This document shows, piece by piece, positions 48,506 to 61,606 of a stretch of 64,000 nt of DNA. The translations under genes and the position numbers were made by a program. The DNA is taken from the NCBI GenBank assembly GCA_964036045.1, contig OZ038378.1, positions 141,050,001 through 141,114,000 of the forward strand. Reading direction: 5' to 3'. The notes under the pieces were generated by a model. It was not told where the DNA came from. It did not search any database and worked only from the letters and a program-made list of their open reading frames with translations. Source of the stretch: Eutreptiella sp. 'Long Island Sound 2002'. Taxonomy: Eukaryota > Protista > Euglenida. Every line of letters starts with the position of its first letter. The first letter of the stretch is position 1.

Positions 48506-50710
48506 TACCTGTGTGAGGTATTGGTGGAAGATTCTGTATCACGGCCATTCAGGGAGTTGTAGGAAAGGCGTGTGATGTGCACCACACATGTATTATGATC
48601 ATAGAGGCGCAGACGAGTTCCACTGTGTCGATGCTGCCTTTGGGTTGGTAGTGGAGGTCCCCGCAGAGGACTGCAAGGGCCACTGTCTGCAGGCAGGTAT
48701 GGTTGCCCAAGCCACTGGTAACGAGCTGCCGGACAGTAAGGATACGTGAGGGGCTCGTGTGTCAGGGCATGGGTCCCGTCCAAGAGGGGGATCGAGACCC
48801 GCAGTCCTTGTGCTTGCCGGCGCGCCTTCGAGAGGACAAGGTCCATGATTGCCTCTTGGATACCCTGCCCCGGGGTGTTGAGGTCCCTAAGGGCCTGAAC
48901 GGTGAGGGTTGTCGAGTGCTCGTGGACGGGGTGTCTGCTCATAGAGAGGGAGGTGCTCCCGAAAGGGGGCAGAGTTCCCGATACGGAGGGGGGCTGCTCC
49001 AGATAAGGGCAGGGTTGCTTCCAAAAAAGGGGGGTCAGAGTGGCTTGCGGGTGGCTTGCTCCCGATAAGGGGGTCATTCTCTTGCTAAGGAGATGGCGGT
49101 GGCTCCCAACAATGCGGGGCGAGTGCTCCCAAAAAAGGGGAAGTTACGGCCGATGTTTGTGGGGCTACTTGTGATAATGCAGCGTGGGGGTGCTCTCCAT
49201 CAGGGGGAGGGTTTCTTTAGATAATTCGGCGCGGGGGGGGGTCCCAATGCCGCGGAAGGTTTCTTCAACGAGGGGATGCGGATTCCTCGTGAAAAGGGCG
49301 TGATTGGTACCGATAAAGGGGGCAAGGAGGACAGGCATCTGGTATGTGGTACTTGGTTGGCCCGCCCAAGGCACTAACACACCTAGAGGAGTGGTACGGA
49401 AACTGGGGACACCCAACCAGGAACAAACATGCTTCTCAAGCACTCTAAATACCTCGTTCTTCATACAACAATATAGAGTATATAAAGATTCTCCTTGACA
49501 TAAACGCTTTTCCGCACGATTTACTCACAGGCATTGCCATTGCGCAGTGGCTAGGATCAGTCCTTAACGCGGGACATGTCAACATATGACGTGTCAATGA
49601 TCACCCCGATGCAGCCGCGAAGATGCGCACAGGACACGGCTTGCTACATATTAATGTCGGTGGTTGTTATGCACACTCCTTGATTCCCTTCCTACAATGT
49701 GCTTTGGGAAAGGCTGGGAGTTCGACGGCAGACTATGATATAAATGGTTTGGTTTACCTTATTGCAAAAACCTGGAGGTTGGTGTCCCACATTAACAATT
49801 CAACCAAGTGCAATAGAACAATAAAGAGTAGGCTAATTAACCTGAACCTCAGGTGGGCCTGGGGGGGCAGCAGGTGGCGACACCCTGTGCTGTTGAAGGC
49901 CACCAAAAGCTGGGTTCCATGGTAAGGGTGAGGGGGCACTCCATCATTTGGTAGTGGGGGAAGGGTGCATGGATGGGCTGCATAGCAAGGACCAAGAAGG
50001 TGTTGCTCCCGATATTGGGAGGAGTGTTGGTCGCTCCCTGTAAAGGGAAAAAATTGCTAAGGACAAGGGCTGGAGCTCCTCCGGATGAGGGGGATAGTTG
50101 TTGCTCTTGAGAGCGGCGTGGAAGTTGCTTGCACATACGTCCTCTGTAGGCATTTTATTTAAAGATTAGTGCGTACTTTTTAGCGTTTCTGCTATGACTT
50201 ACTAGTTCTGGTCTCACAAAGAAAGACCGTGCGTCGTACAATCAAAAGGTGGGTCTCTTTGGCACATGTGTGGTCATTTGCACATGCCATGAGGGTCAAG
50301 GTTGAGTATCTTTTCATTTTCACGGTCTGTAGGTGGAAATGCTGGGGGTGGTGGGCGGCAAGCTCAGTGTTGCGTAGCTTTGCGCCAGGGGGGACTAGCG
50401 GACCTTGCCGCATGCGCCCACCCCTCGCAACCCCACGCACGTCCCCCGGCCGAAGAAGCCGGAATACTCAAAGAGTAAAGCGAACAAGGGAGGCTAGCAC
50501 CCCGCAACTGCAAGTAGCCGGGGCAATGTGCAGCCATTGGAGGCATGGATGCAGGCGAAACAACCGCGCGGGGAGGTAATTTTAGCGTTAATGTTCTCAT
50601 GGCACCACACACAAAACTTTGGTCCCCAAAATTGGAAAGCCTCTTGGACGAAATGACACAAAAGTGCATGAACAAACTTATGCGCACATGCGCCACCATT
50701 TAGACCCTTG

Positions 50711-52460
50711 GCTCACAAGTCCATACGACCCATGACCGACGCTGGCCACCGCACCATCACCACAGTGCAGCGAGACGATGGCTCCCTCACTAGCGAACCT
50801 ACCGCCATATTCCAAGCCACCCAAGACAGCTTCCTCCGTCAACACACTCCAACCCAGGAAGCGCTAGACCCAAACTGCCAGGACAAAGTCACCCGCCCCC
50901 TCCGGATCCTCAACCACGCGCCACGCAAGAAGATAGAGAAGCACCCTTTCGCAATCCAAGAAGTGCAGAAAGCCATGATAAACCTCCGACAACACAAAAC
51001 CCAAGGCTACGACGGCCTCCCAGCGGAGGCGTACTACCACCTCCCCGCCCACCTCCTCCGCCTCCTGGCCCAACGACTGTGCAGCATCATCACCGGACGA
51101 GTCCCCATGCCCCCGAAATGGGCAAACATTGTCCGCCCCCTCAACAAAAACGGGGACTGGGCCAACCCGGACAGCTGGCGCCTCATGGTATGCGTGGTCA
51201 CTTAGGTCAAAATCATATGTACTATCCTCGTACGTCCCATACACCCCCACCTCGACCCGCACATACCTGCCAGCCTCTAAGGCGCCACCCCAGGCATATC
51301 TCCACATGAGGCCATCTTCCTCCAACACACCGTCACCGACATGGACCCCATCTACCTCATCATCGCCTCCCTGGATGTCAAAGAAGCCTTTCCCAACACC
51401 CCCTGGGACCTCCTCAAGGCGGTGTGGAGCCAACAGGGCCATCCCTTCTACAAATTCATCACCACGTACATCTGCACCCGTAGATCCGAACTCCGCACAT
51501 GAGCAGGCCTCACCCCCTTCCTGGACCCGGGCGGCCGAGTCCCCCAGGGTGGAGGAAAGGGACCCTTCCTCTGGCCCCGGTTGACACTCCCCCTGGCGCT
51601 CGCGATCGAACAGGATTACCTAGCGTTCGCACCCTACCCCCTCCTCTCCCCCTTGGTGGACTTCGCGGACGACACCAATCTCACGGTCGCACACGCCCCA
51701 CACGAACCCCACGCACCAAGAGCGCCACCCACCATCAACCAACATACAGACGATTTGCTGACAGTGAACGTCATGTACCTCGCCCAGAATAACCTCGTTG
51801 TCCACCCCACGAAGTCGGTCACCTTGATCAAAGGAGCCGCTACAACCCCCACCCTAGGCCCCAAGGCCCCCCCATGAACGTGGCGACGGCCACCACCCAC
51901 CTAGGGGTGGGCCAAACCACAGACCACAACAACATCACCCCCACCGCAACCCTAAAGTTACAATCAAATCTGGCCCAGCCCCCACGGTACGCATGCCCGC
52001 CAACAAGATCACTCGCGTTGTCCCCGTAAAGTGTGGCATGTTACCTCACAAGTGTGCTTAACGCCTCCATAGGCTTCCAAGCACTCCACCTGACACACCC
52101 CAAAACCGCCCTCTAGCCAGCCACACGCGCGTTCACCAAGGCTCAGCGGCACACGGGCGGCAGCCCACCTCCGTACCGAGCCGCGCCATCCGGGCAGCAT
52201 GGCCCCACTATAGGGACGCCATAGGAGACGAGGTGAAGGCAGCATGCACAAGACACACCGCCCTCCTCCTTCACCGCATGACGCATAACCACTCCCCGAA
52301 GATCCGCGAACTCGCAACCATGAGACTCAGGACCAAACAAGCCCGCAATGCATGCCCGCGCCGGATACTCCACCGAACGGTCATGCCTACCGATACCGGG
52401 AAACCGCATCTGGAATCACATACAACGCCTATTCCCCACGCCACACCACGCCATCCTCAC
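50711..52460 (+). mobile_element. RT fragment of the non-LTR element, copy 2
   Basis: GYDGLPAEAY, PLNKNGD....SWR, DVKEAFP, VPQGG, DFADD; multiple stops. Confidence 0.9.
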
Positions 52461-52691
52461 TACCTGTGTGAAGTATTGGTGGAAGAGTCTGTATCACGGC
52501 CATTCGGGGAGTTGTAGGAAAGGCGTGTGATGTGCACCACCGTGGTAGAGGACCCTCATTTGTGGGAGCAACACATGTATTATGATCACAGAGGCGCCGA
52601 CGAGTTCCACTGTGTCGATGCTGCCTTTGGGTTGGTAGTGGAGGTCCCCGCAGAGGACTGCAAGGGCCACTGTCTGCAGGCAGGTATGGTT
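52461..52691 (-). other. 231-bp in-place inversion within the retroelement coding sequence (also 48506-48704, 59328-59558, 63358-63588)
   Basis: Re-inverting gives AILT-NHTCLQTVALAVLCGDL...QMRVL...PFLQLPEWP*...HQYFTQ-VAQATGNELP, collinear with VIQTNHKCEETGPIAVLHTD...QMRAL...PFLQHPDWP...LRQAAVAADRP at 38.7-38.95 kb. Confidence 0.85.
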
Positions 52692-54944
52692 GCCCAAGCC
52701 ACTGGTAACGAGCTGCCGGACAGTAAGGATACGTGAGGGGCTCGTGTGTCAGGGCATGGGTCCCGTCCAAGAGGGGGATCGAGACCCGTAGTCCTTGTGC
52801 TTGCCGGCGCACCTTCGAGAGGACAAGGTCCATGATTGCCTCTTGGATACCCTGCCCCGGGGTGTTGAGGTCCCTAAGGGCCTGAACGGTGAGGGTTGTC
52901 GAGTGCTCGTGGAGGGGGTGTCTGCTCATAGAGAGGGAGGTGCTCCCGAAAGGGGGCAGAGTTCCCGATACGGAGGGGGGCTGCTCCAGATAAGGGCAGG
53001 GTTGCTTCCAAAAAAGGGGGGTCAGAGTGGTTGCAACCGTTGCGGGGGGGCTTGTGCTCTCGATTACGGGTGGCTTGCTCCCGATAAGGGGGTCATTCTC
53101 GTGATAAGGAGATGGCGGTGGCTCCCAATAATGCGGGGCGAGTACTCCCCAAAAAAGGGGAAGTTACGGCCGATGTTTGTGGGGCAACTTGTGATAATGG
53201 GGGGTGAGGGTACTCTCCATCAGGGGGAGGGTTTCTTTAGATAATTCGGCGGCCCGGGGGGGGGGGGGGGCTCCCAATGCCGCGGAAGGTTCTTCAACGA
53301 GGGGATGCGGATTCCTCGTGAAAAGGGCGTGATTGATACCGATAAAGGGGGCAAGGAGGACAGGCATCTGGTATGTGGTACTTGGTTGGCCCGCCCAAGG
53401 CACTAACACACCTAGAGGAGTCATACGAAAACTGGGGACACCCAACCATGAACAAACATGCTTCTCAAGCAGTGTAAATACCTCGTTCTTCATACAACAA
53501 TATAGAGTATATAAAGATTCTCCTTGACATAAACACTTTTCCGCACGATTTACTCACAGGCATTGCCATTGCGCAGTGGCTAGGATCAGTCCTTAACGCG
53601 GGACATGTCAACAGATGACGTGTCAATGATCACCCCGATGCAGCCGCGAAGATGCGCACAGGACACGGCTTGCTACATATTAATGTCGGTGGTTGTTATG
53701 CACACTCCTTGATTCCCTTCCTACAATGTGCCCTGGGAAAGGCTGGGAGTTCGACCGTAGACAATGATATAAATGATTTGGTTTACCTTATTGCAAAAAC
53801 CTGGAGGTTGGTGTCCCACATTAACAATTCAACCAAGTGCAATAGAACAATAAAGAGTAGGCCAATTAACCTGAACCTCAGGTGGGCCTGGGGGGGCAGC
53901 AGGTGGCGACACCCTGTGCTGTTGAAGGCCACCAAAAGCTGGGTTCCATGGTAAGGGTGAGGGGGCACTCCATTATTTGGTAGTGGGGGAAGGGTGCATG
54001 GATGGGCTGCATAGCAAGGACCAAGAAGGTGTTGCTCCCGATATTGGGAGGAGTGTTGGTCGCTCCCTGTAAAGGGAAAAAATTGCTAAGGACAAGGGTT
54101 GGAGCTCCTCCGGATGAGGGGGATAGTTGTTGCTCTTGAGAGCGGCGTGGAAGTTGCTTGCACATACGTCCTCTGTAGGCATTTTATTTAAAGATTAGTG
54201 CGTACTTTTTAGCGTTTCTGCTATGACTTACTAGTTCCGGTCTCACAAAGAAAGACCGTGCGTTGTACAATCAAAAGGTGGGTCTCTTTGGCACATGTGT
54301 GGTCCTTTGCACATGCCATGAGGGTCAAGGTTGAGTATCTTTTCATTTTCACGGGCTGTAGGTGGAAATGCTGGGGGTGGTGGGCGGCAAGCTCAGTGTT
54401 GCGTAGCTTTGCGCCAGGGGGGGCTAGCGGACCTTGCCGCATGCGCCCACCCCTCGCAACCCCACGCACGTCCCCCGGCCGAAGAAGCCGGAATACTCAA
54501 AGAGTAAAGCGAACAAGGGAGGCTAGCACCCCGCAACTGCAAGTATCCGGGGCAATGTGCAGCCATTGGAGGCATGGATGCAGGCGAAACAACCGCGCGG
54601 GGAGGTAATTTTGGCGTTAATGTTCTCATGGCACCACACACAAAACTTTGGTCCCCAGAATTGGAAAGCCTCTTGGACGAAATGACACAAAAGTGCATGA
54701 ACAAACTTATGCGCACATGCGCCACCATTTAGACCCTTGGCTCACAAGGCCATACGACCCATGAGCGACGCTGGCCACCGCACCATCACCACAGTGCAGC
54801 GAGACGATGGCTCCCTCACTAGCGAACCTACCGCCATATTCCAAGCCACCCAAGACAGCTTCCTCCGTCAACACACTCCAACCCAGGAAGCGCTAGACCC
54901 AAACAGCCAGGTCAAAGTCACCTGCCCCCTCCGGATCCTCAACC

Positions 54945-55418
54945 GTGTGGGTGGAGCGGCACCACAAGGATGTCCTGTCCAGGCATGGGCAGGCATCTTG
55001 GTATGTGCCGGGGGTAATCGTGCGGAAGGTCGGGCAGGATGTGTATGCGGTTCGTGTGGGGGATAACAAGATCCTGGACCGCGACCATACCTAGCTTCGT
55101 CCCCGAGCACCAGACCCCAGCGAACGTCCCGTCACCTTCGAGTTCACGGCTGGCGATGTGGACTCGGACGACGAGGGTGAGGACGACGACTTCACCGCTG
55201 AGAAGATCCTGGCGGACAAGCCGGACCCGGGGACGCCTGGGGGGAGGCTTTATAAAGTCCGTTGGAAGGGATTCGCCGCATCCAGGGATTCGTGGGAGCC
55301 TCCGAGCAGCTTCGTGCCGAGGTATACCACGGTCTGGATGGACTATCTGAAGAAAAAGAATATTTCTTTGGATGTCAAGGACGTGTTGGTCCATTTGGTT
55401 GCTGCTGTAGCACCGTAA
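54945..55418 (+). mobile_element. Integrase C-terminal/chromodomain fragment, probably from a Ty3/Gypsy chromovirus-like element
   Basis: One frame, one internal TAG: VWVERHHK...WYVPGVIVRKVGQDVYAVRVG..LDRDHT*LRP (SH3/GPY-F-like), then FTAEKILADK....GRLYKVRWKGFAASRDSWEP..F (canonical chromodomain with aromatic cage residues F/W/F). Confidence 0.85.
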
Positions 55419-57786
55419 TGGATCCCCCTTGGCATTTTGTTTGTTTCTGTGCTTGGGGAGACGGGTGAGGGCGTTCATCCGGGGATTTTTTAGCTTTGAT
55501 TGGCCATCTACCCCCTTCACTCGATCTCCACATATATATTTCATTGTGGTATACTTATTTAGGTCGACCGACGACGTTTTTCTATCTTTGATCCCCTTGG
55601 TCCATGACCAGCGCCGCCCCACCCCCACCGAACGCCCCACGACTCCCGGGGGCGCACCCCCCAACACGCACCGCCGAAGCAAGCATCGGACGCCGTACGG
55701 ATCACACCAGTGCACACCCACCAGCCACCGGAAACCGGGCGGGGAATGGAGGGCACACCTACACGGGGAGAACGGGCCACACCCACAGAGGAAGCCGCAG
55801 GGAACGCCGCCGCACAGCGCACCAGCACGCCCTCACCGCCAGGCGACGACCCCGGATGCCACAAGGGCCACCTCACAGGCACCGGAAGAGGACAAAGGCA
55901 CGGCCACAGCGACCAGGGCTAGGGACCGAAACCCCCAGAGGACACGGGAGTAGCAAGTGTTCCTTGTTGTAGGGTGCACGTTGTATAAACTTTCTTGCTC
56001 ATTGCCTCACAACCATCAATGCGTTGTTGAATGGCGTGTACCTTGGGAGATTGTGACAAAAGAACTTCAAATCATCTTGTTGTGAGCCTTGTGAAGAGTG
56101 ATAATGTTCGGAACGCGATGACATTTGTCGTTGATGACGCCAGAAAAAATAAAGCGAAAAATCGTCTTTTCCGACCTCAGAAACCCCCCCAACAATTTTA
56201 CGCCGCTGTTTGGCGAGGTCGCAAAATTTAGGACACTCACCAAAAAAGACAAACAATAGAGTCGCGACGGCGAAGAAGCTGAGCGTTGCTTGCCCCAAAC
56301 CACCTAGCAAAGTGCGTGCCCTAGGCGCTAGGGACTTGTGCCCCCCCCAAAACAAACCACACATAGACAACAACAACGCCACCGGCCGCCGACGAACAAG
56401 TATGTTATATGCCGCGCAAAGCTAGAAACCGACGAAACAAGCACAACGCGGTAAGAGGTAGACAAGGAGAGAACAAGTATGTAACGAACCGCACCACGGT
56501 GGAGATATACCACAAGTATACGACCAAGCAATGCAAGCCCACTCGCATAGGGAGTACGACGACGCCGTAACATGCGAAGGAGATCACAACGAAAAAAGAA
56601 GCCGCACAAGTATGTTGCATGTCATGCATGAATAACACACACAAGCAACAACAACGCCACCGGCCGCCGAAAAACAAGTATGTTATATGCCACGCCATGC
56701 ATATCGCCGTAGCGCATATCGCCATGCATAACGCCGTAACAAACGCAATCCAAGGAAGGAAGTTACGTGCCAAGCAACGCCAAAGAGCGCCGCCACGAAA
56801 AGCGCAACGAAAACCGCACCGGCAAGGAAAACCAACAAGAGGTGACACCGAATGAATGCCTATGCCCACCCCCGCACACATAGGGAAAGAAAGGTATGCC
56901 CGTGCGTGCCCGGATCGCCGCAAGGTCATCACCGCCACGGACGAGCAACATGGTATGAAGGGGCACGACGGGGGAACCAAAAAAAAACAACAAAGGAGAG
57001 AAGAACGCATGAAGGAGGCCGCACACCACCGAGGTGAAGCACAACACACATAAAAGCACACAAACAAAAACTAAACATACACAACATGCACACGTGGCTA
57101 GTTGGGTCCAAGTATGTTACATGCCATGCTACGCTACGCAACGAACACGAGATAAGAACGGCAACCACACCAACAAAAGCAAAAGGTGACCACGAGGCGT
57201 GACCAAGACGTGCCCACCCCCCACCCGCACGCCCGCTTACGTAGGAGGCGAAAGGGAGCGAAAGGGGACAAAACGTATGCCGCCGCATGCAGACAAATAG
57301 TAGGCAAGGGGGGAGCCACACACCGCCACAAAGAACGCAAGTATGTTACCATGTCGTGCCACGCCGCCAACCGCCCGGCCCGCGCCACCAACCGAGACGA
57401 GAAAAAAGAGATGGCCTTCGGCCAGGGAGTGGTTGTCACGGGGGGCTAACGGTCCTGCCCTGCGGTGCAATGCGGGGCAACCGTGACAACTGCTCTTACA
57501 GCACAACCACCCTTTTTGTTGCGCTGACTAGAACATACACACATAGCGCATAGCGTCGTGCGCCGGAATCCGACAAACACACGTTGACACGCTTCCTCGT
57601 GCACGCACCCACGTTCCCTTCCCCTCACAGGTCCCAAGGAGAAGTGTATGCTCGTGTTTGCGTCGTTTGGGCGTTAAAGTAGGGTTGTCTTAGACGCTTA
57701 GGCATGTTTTGTGTCGTGCCGTCGTCTCTCATACGCGAACGCCCGGCCCGCGCCATACACACGTAGGCAAGGCGAGAGGACTAGGA
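54945..57786. other. 2842-bp composite insertion into copy 3 of the 4-kb unit, no TSD, 4-bp target deletion
   Basis: The intact unit reads ctcaacc-acgc-ccaacgcaag. Copy 3 stops after ctcaacc (54944) and resumes at ccaacgcaag (57787). Confidence 0.9.
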
Positions 57787-59327
57787 CCAACGCAAGAAGA
57801 TAGAGATGCACCCTTTCGCAATCCAAGAAGTGCAGAAAGCCATGAGAAACCTCCGACAACACAAAACCCAAGGCTACGACGGCCTCCCAGCGGAGGCGTA
57901 CTACCACCTCCCCGCCCACCTCCTCCGCCTCCTGGCCCAACAACTGTGCAGCATCATCACCGGACGAGTCCCCATGCCCCCGAAATGGGCAAACGTTGTC
58001 CGCCCCCTCAACAAAAACGGGGATAGGGCCAACCCGGACAGCTGGCGCCTCATGGTATGCGTGGTCACGTAGGTAAAAATCATATGCACTATCCTCGTAC
58101 GTCCCATACACCCCCACATCGACCCCCACATACCTGCCAGCCTCTAGGGCGCCACCCCAGGCATATCTCCACATGAGGCCATCTTCCTCCAACACACCGT
58201 CACCGACATGGACCCCATCTACCTCATCATCGCCTCCCTACATGTCAAAAAAGCCTTTCCCAACACCCCCTGGCTCCTCCTCAAGGCGGTGTGGAACCAA
58301 CAGGGCCATCCCTTCTACAAATTCATCACCACGTACATCCGCACCCGTAGATCCGAACACCGCAGATGAGCAGGCCTCACCCCCTTCCTGGACCCGGGCG
58401 GCCGAGTCCCCCAGGGTGGAGGAAAGAGACCCTTCCTCTGGCCCCAGGTGACACTCCCCCTGGCGCTCGCGATCGAACAGGATTACCTAGCGTTCGCACC
58501 CTACCCCCTCCTCTCCCCCTTGGTGGACTTCGCGGACGACACCAATCTCACGGTCGCACACGCCTCACACGAACCCCACGCACCAAGAGCGCCACCCACC
58601 ATCAACCAACAAACAAACGATTTGCTGACAGTGAACGTCACGTACCTCGCCTAGAATAACCTCGTTGTCCACCCCACGAAGTCAGTCACCTTGATCAAAG
58701 GAGCCGCTACAACCCCCACCCTAGGCCCCAAGGCCCCCCCATGAACGTGGCGACGGCCACCACCCACCTAGGGGTGGGCCAAACCACAGACCACAACAAC
58801 ATCACCCCCACCGCAACCCTAAAGTTACAATCAAATCTGGCCCACCCCCCACGGTACGCATGCCCGCCAACAAGATCACTCGCGATGTCCAAGTAAAGCG
58901 TGGCATGTTACCTCACAAGCGTGCTTAACGCCTCCATAGGCTTCCAAGCACTCCACCTGACACACCCCAAAACCGCCCTCTAGCCAGCCACACGCGCGTT
59001 CACCAAGGCTCAGCGGCACACGGGGGGCAGCCCACCTCCATACCCAGCCGCGCCATCCGGGCAGCATGGCCCCACTATAGGGACGCCATAGGAGACGAGG
59101 TGAAGGCAACATGCACAAGACACACCGCCCTCCTCCTTCACGGCATGACGCATAACCACTCCCCGAAGATCCGCGAACTCGCAACCATCAGACTCAGGAC
59201 CAAACAAGCCCGCAATACATGCCCGCGCCGGATACTCCACCGAACGGTCATGCCTACCGATACCGGGAAACCGCATCTGGCATCACATACAACGCCTATT
59301 CCCCACGCCACACCACGCCATCCTCAC
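57787..59327 (+). mobile_element. RT fragment, remainder of copy 3
   Basis: Same RT motifs as copy 2. Confidence 0.9.
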
Positions 59328-61606
59328 TACCTGTGTAAGGTATTGGTGGAAGAGTCTGTATCACGGCCATTCGGGGAGTTGTAGGAAAGGCGTGTGATGT
59401 GCACCACCGTGGTAGAGGACCCTCATTTGTGGGAGTAACACATGTATTATGATCACATAGGCGCCGACGAGTTCCACTGTGTCGATGCTGCCTTTGGGTT
59501 GGTAGTGGAGGTCCCCGCAGAGGACTGCAAGGGCCACTGTCTGCAGGCAGGTATGGTTGCCCAAGCCACTGGTAACGAGCTGCCGGACAGTAAGGATACG
59601 TGAGGGGCTCGTGTGTCAGGGCATGGGTCCCGTCCAAGAGGGGGATCGAGACCCGCAGTCCTTGTGCTTGCCGGCGCGCCTTCGAGAGGACAAGGTCCAT
59701 GATTGCCTCTTGGATACCCTGCCCCGGGGTGTTGAGGTCCCTAAGGGCCTGAACGGTGAGGGTTGTCGAGTGCTCGTGGAGGGGGTGTCTGCTCATAGAG
59801 AGGGAGGTGCTCCCGAAAGGGGGCAGAGTTCCCGATACGGAGGGGGGCTGCTCCAGATAAGGGCAGGGTTGCTTCCAAAAAAGGGGGGTCAGAGTGGTTG
59901 CAACCGCTGCGGGGGGGCTTGTGCTCTCGATTACGGGTGGCTTGCTCCCGATAAGGGGGTCATTCTCGTGATAAGGAGATGGCGGTGGCTCCCAATAATG
60001 CGGGGCGAGTGCTCCCAAAAAAAGGGGAAGTTACGGCCGATGTTTGTGGGGCTACTTGTGATAATGGGGGGTGGGGGTGCTCTCCATCAGGGGGAGGGTT
60101 TCTTTAGATAATTCGGCGGCCCGGGGGGGGGGGGGGGGCTCCCAATGCCGCAGAAGGTTCTTCAACGAGGGGATGCGGATTCCTCGTGAAAAGGGCGTGA
60201 TTGGTACCGATAAAGGGGGCAAGGAGGACAGGCATCTGGTATGTGGTACTTGGTTGGCCCGCCCAAGGCACTAACACACCTAGAGGAGTCATACGAAAAC
60301 TGGGGACACCCAACCATGAACAAACATGCTTCTCAAGCACTGTAAATACCTCGTTCTTCATACAACAATATAGAGTATATAAAGATTCTCCTTGACATAA
60401 ACACTTTTCCGCACGATTTACTCACAGGCATTGCCATTGCGCAGTGGCTAGGATCAGTCCTTAACGCGGGACGCGTCAACAGATGACGTGTCAATGATCA
60501 CCCCGATGCAGCCGCGAAGATGCGCACAGGACACGGCTTGCTACATATTAATGTCGGTGGTTGTTATGCACACTCCTTGATTCCCTTCCTACAATGTGCC
60601 CTGGGAAAGGCTGGGAGTTCGACAGCAGACAATGATGCAAATGGTTTGGTTTACCTTATTGCAAAAACCTGGAGGTTGGTGTCCCACATTAACAATTCAA
60701 CCAAGTGCAATAGAACAATAAAGAGTAGGCTAATTAACCTCAACCTCAGGTGGGCCTAAGGGGCCAGCAGGTGGCGACACCCTGCGCTGTTGGGGGCCAC
60801 CAAAAGCTGGGTTCCATGGTAAGGGTGAGGGGGCACTCCATTATTTGGTAGTGGGGGAAGGGTGCATGGATGGGCTGCATAGGAAGGACCAAGAAGGTGT
60901 TGCTCCCGATATTGGGAGGAGTGTTGGTCGCTCCCTGTAAAGGGAAAAAAATGCTAAGGACAAGGGCTGGAGCTCCTCCGGATGAGGGGGATAGTTGTTG
61001 CTCTTGAGAGCGGCGTGGAAGTTGCTTGCACATACGTCCTCTGTAGGCATTTTATTTAAAGATTAGTGCGTACTTTTTAGCGTTTCTGCTATGACTTACT
61101 AGTTCCGGTCTCACAAAGAAAAACCATGCGTTGTACAATCAAAAGGTGGGTCTCTTTGGCACATGTGTGGTCCTTTGCACATGCCATGAGTGTTAAGGTT
61201 GAGGATCTTTTCATTTTCACGGGCTGTAGGTGGAAATGCTGGGGGTGGTGGGCGGCAAGCTCAGTGTTGCGTAGCTTTGCGCCAGGGGGGGCTAGCGGAC
61301 CTTGCCGCATGCGCCCACCCCTCGCAACCCCACGCATGTCCCCCGGCCGAAGAGCCGGAATACTCAAAGAGTAAAGCGGACAAGGGAGGCTAGCACCCCG
61401 CAACTGCAAGTATCCGGGGCAATGCGCAGCCATTGGAGGCATGGATGCAGGCGAAACAACCGCGCGGGGAGGTAATTTTGGCATTAATGTTCTCATGGCA
61501 CCACACACAAAACTTTGGTCCCCAGAATTGGAAAGCCTCTTGGACGAAATGACACAAAAGTGCATGAACAAACTTATGCGCACATGCGCCACCATTTAGA
61601 CCCTTG

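Noticed and set aside
52590-52670. VLCGDLH read as an AP-endonuclease GD.N motif
   Set aside because: The segment aligns instead with the post-RT region of the 38.7-kb paralogue (IAVLHTDV...QMRAL...PFLQHPDWP).
55419-57786. 3' LTR of the chromodomain element
   Set aside because: The purine tract at ~55457 is not followed by TG, and no terminal repeat pair or TG..CA boundaries were found.
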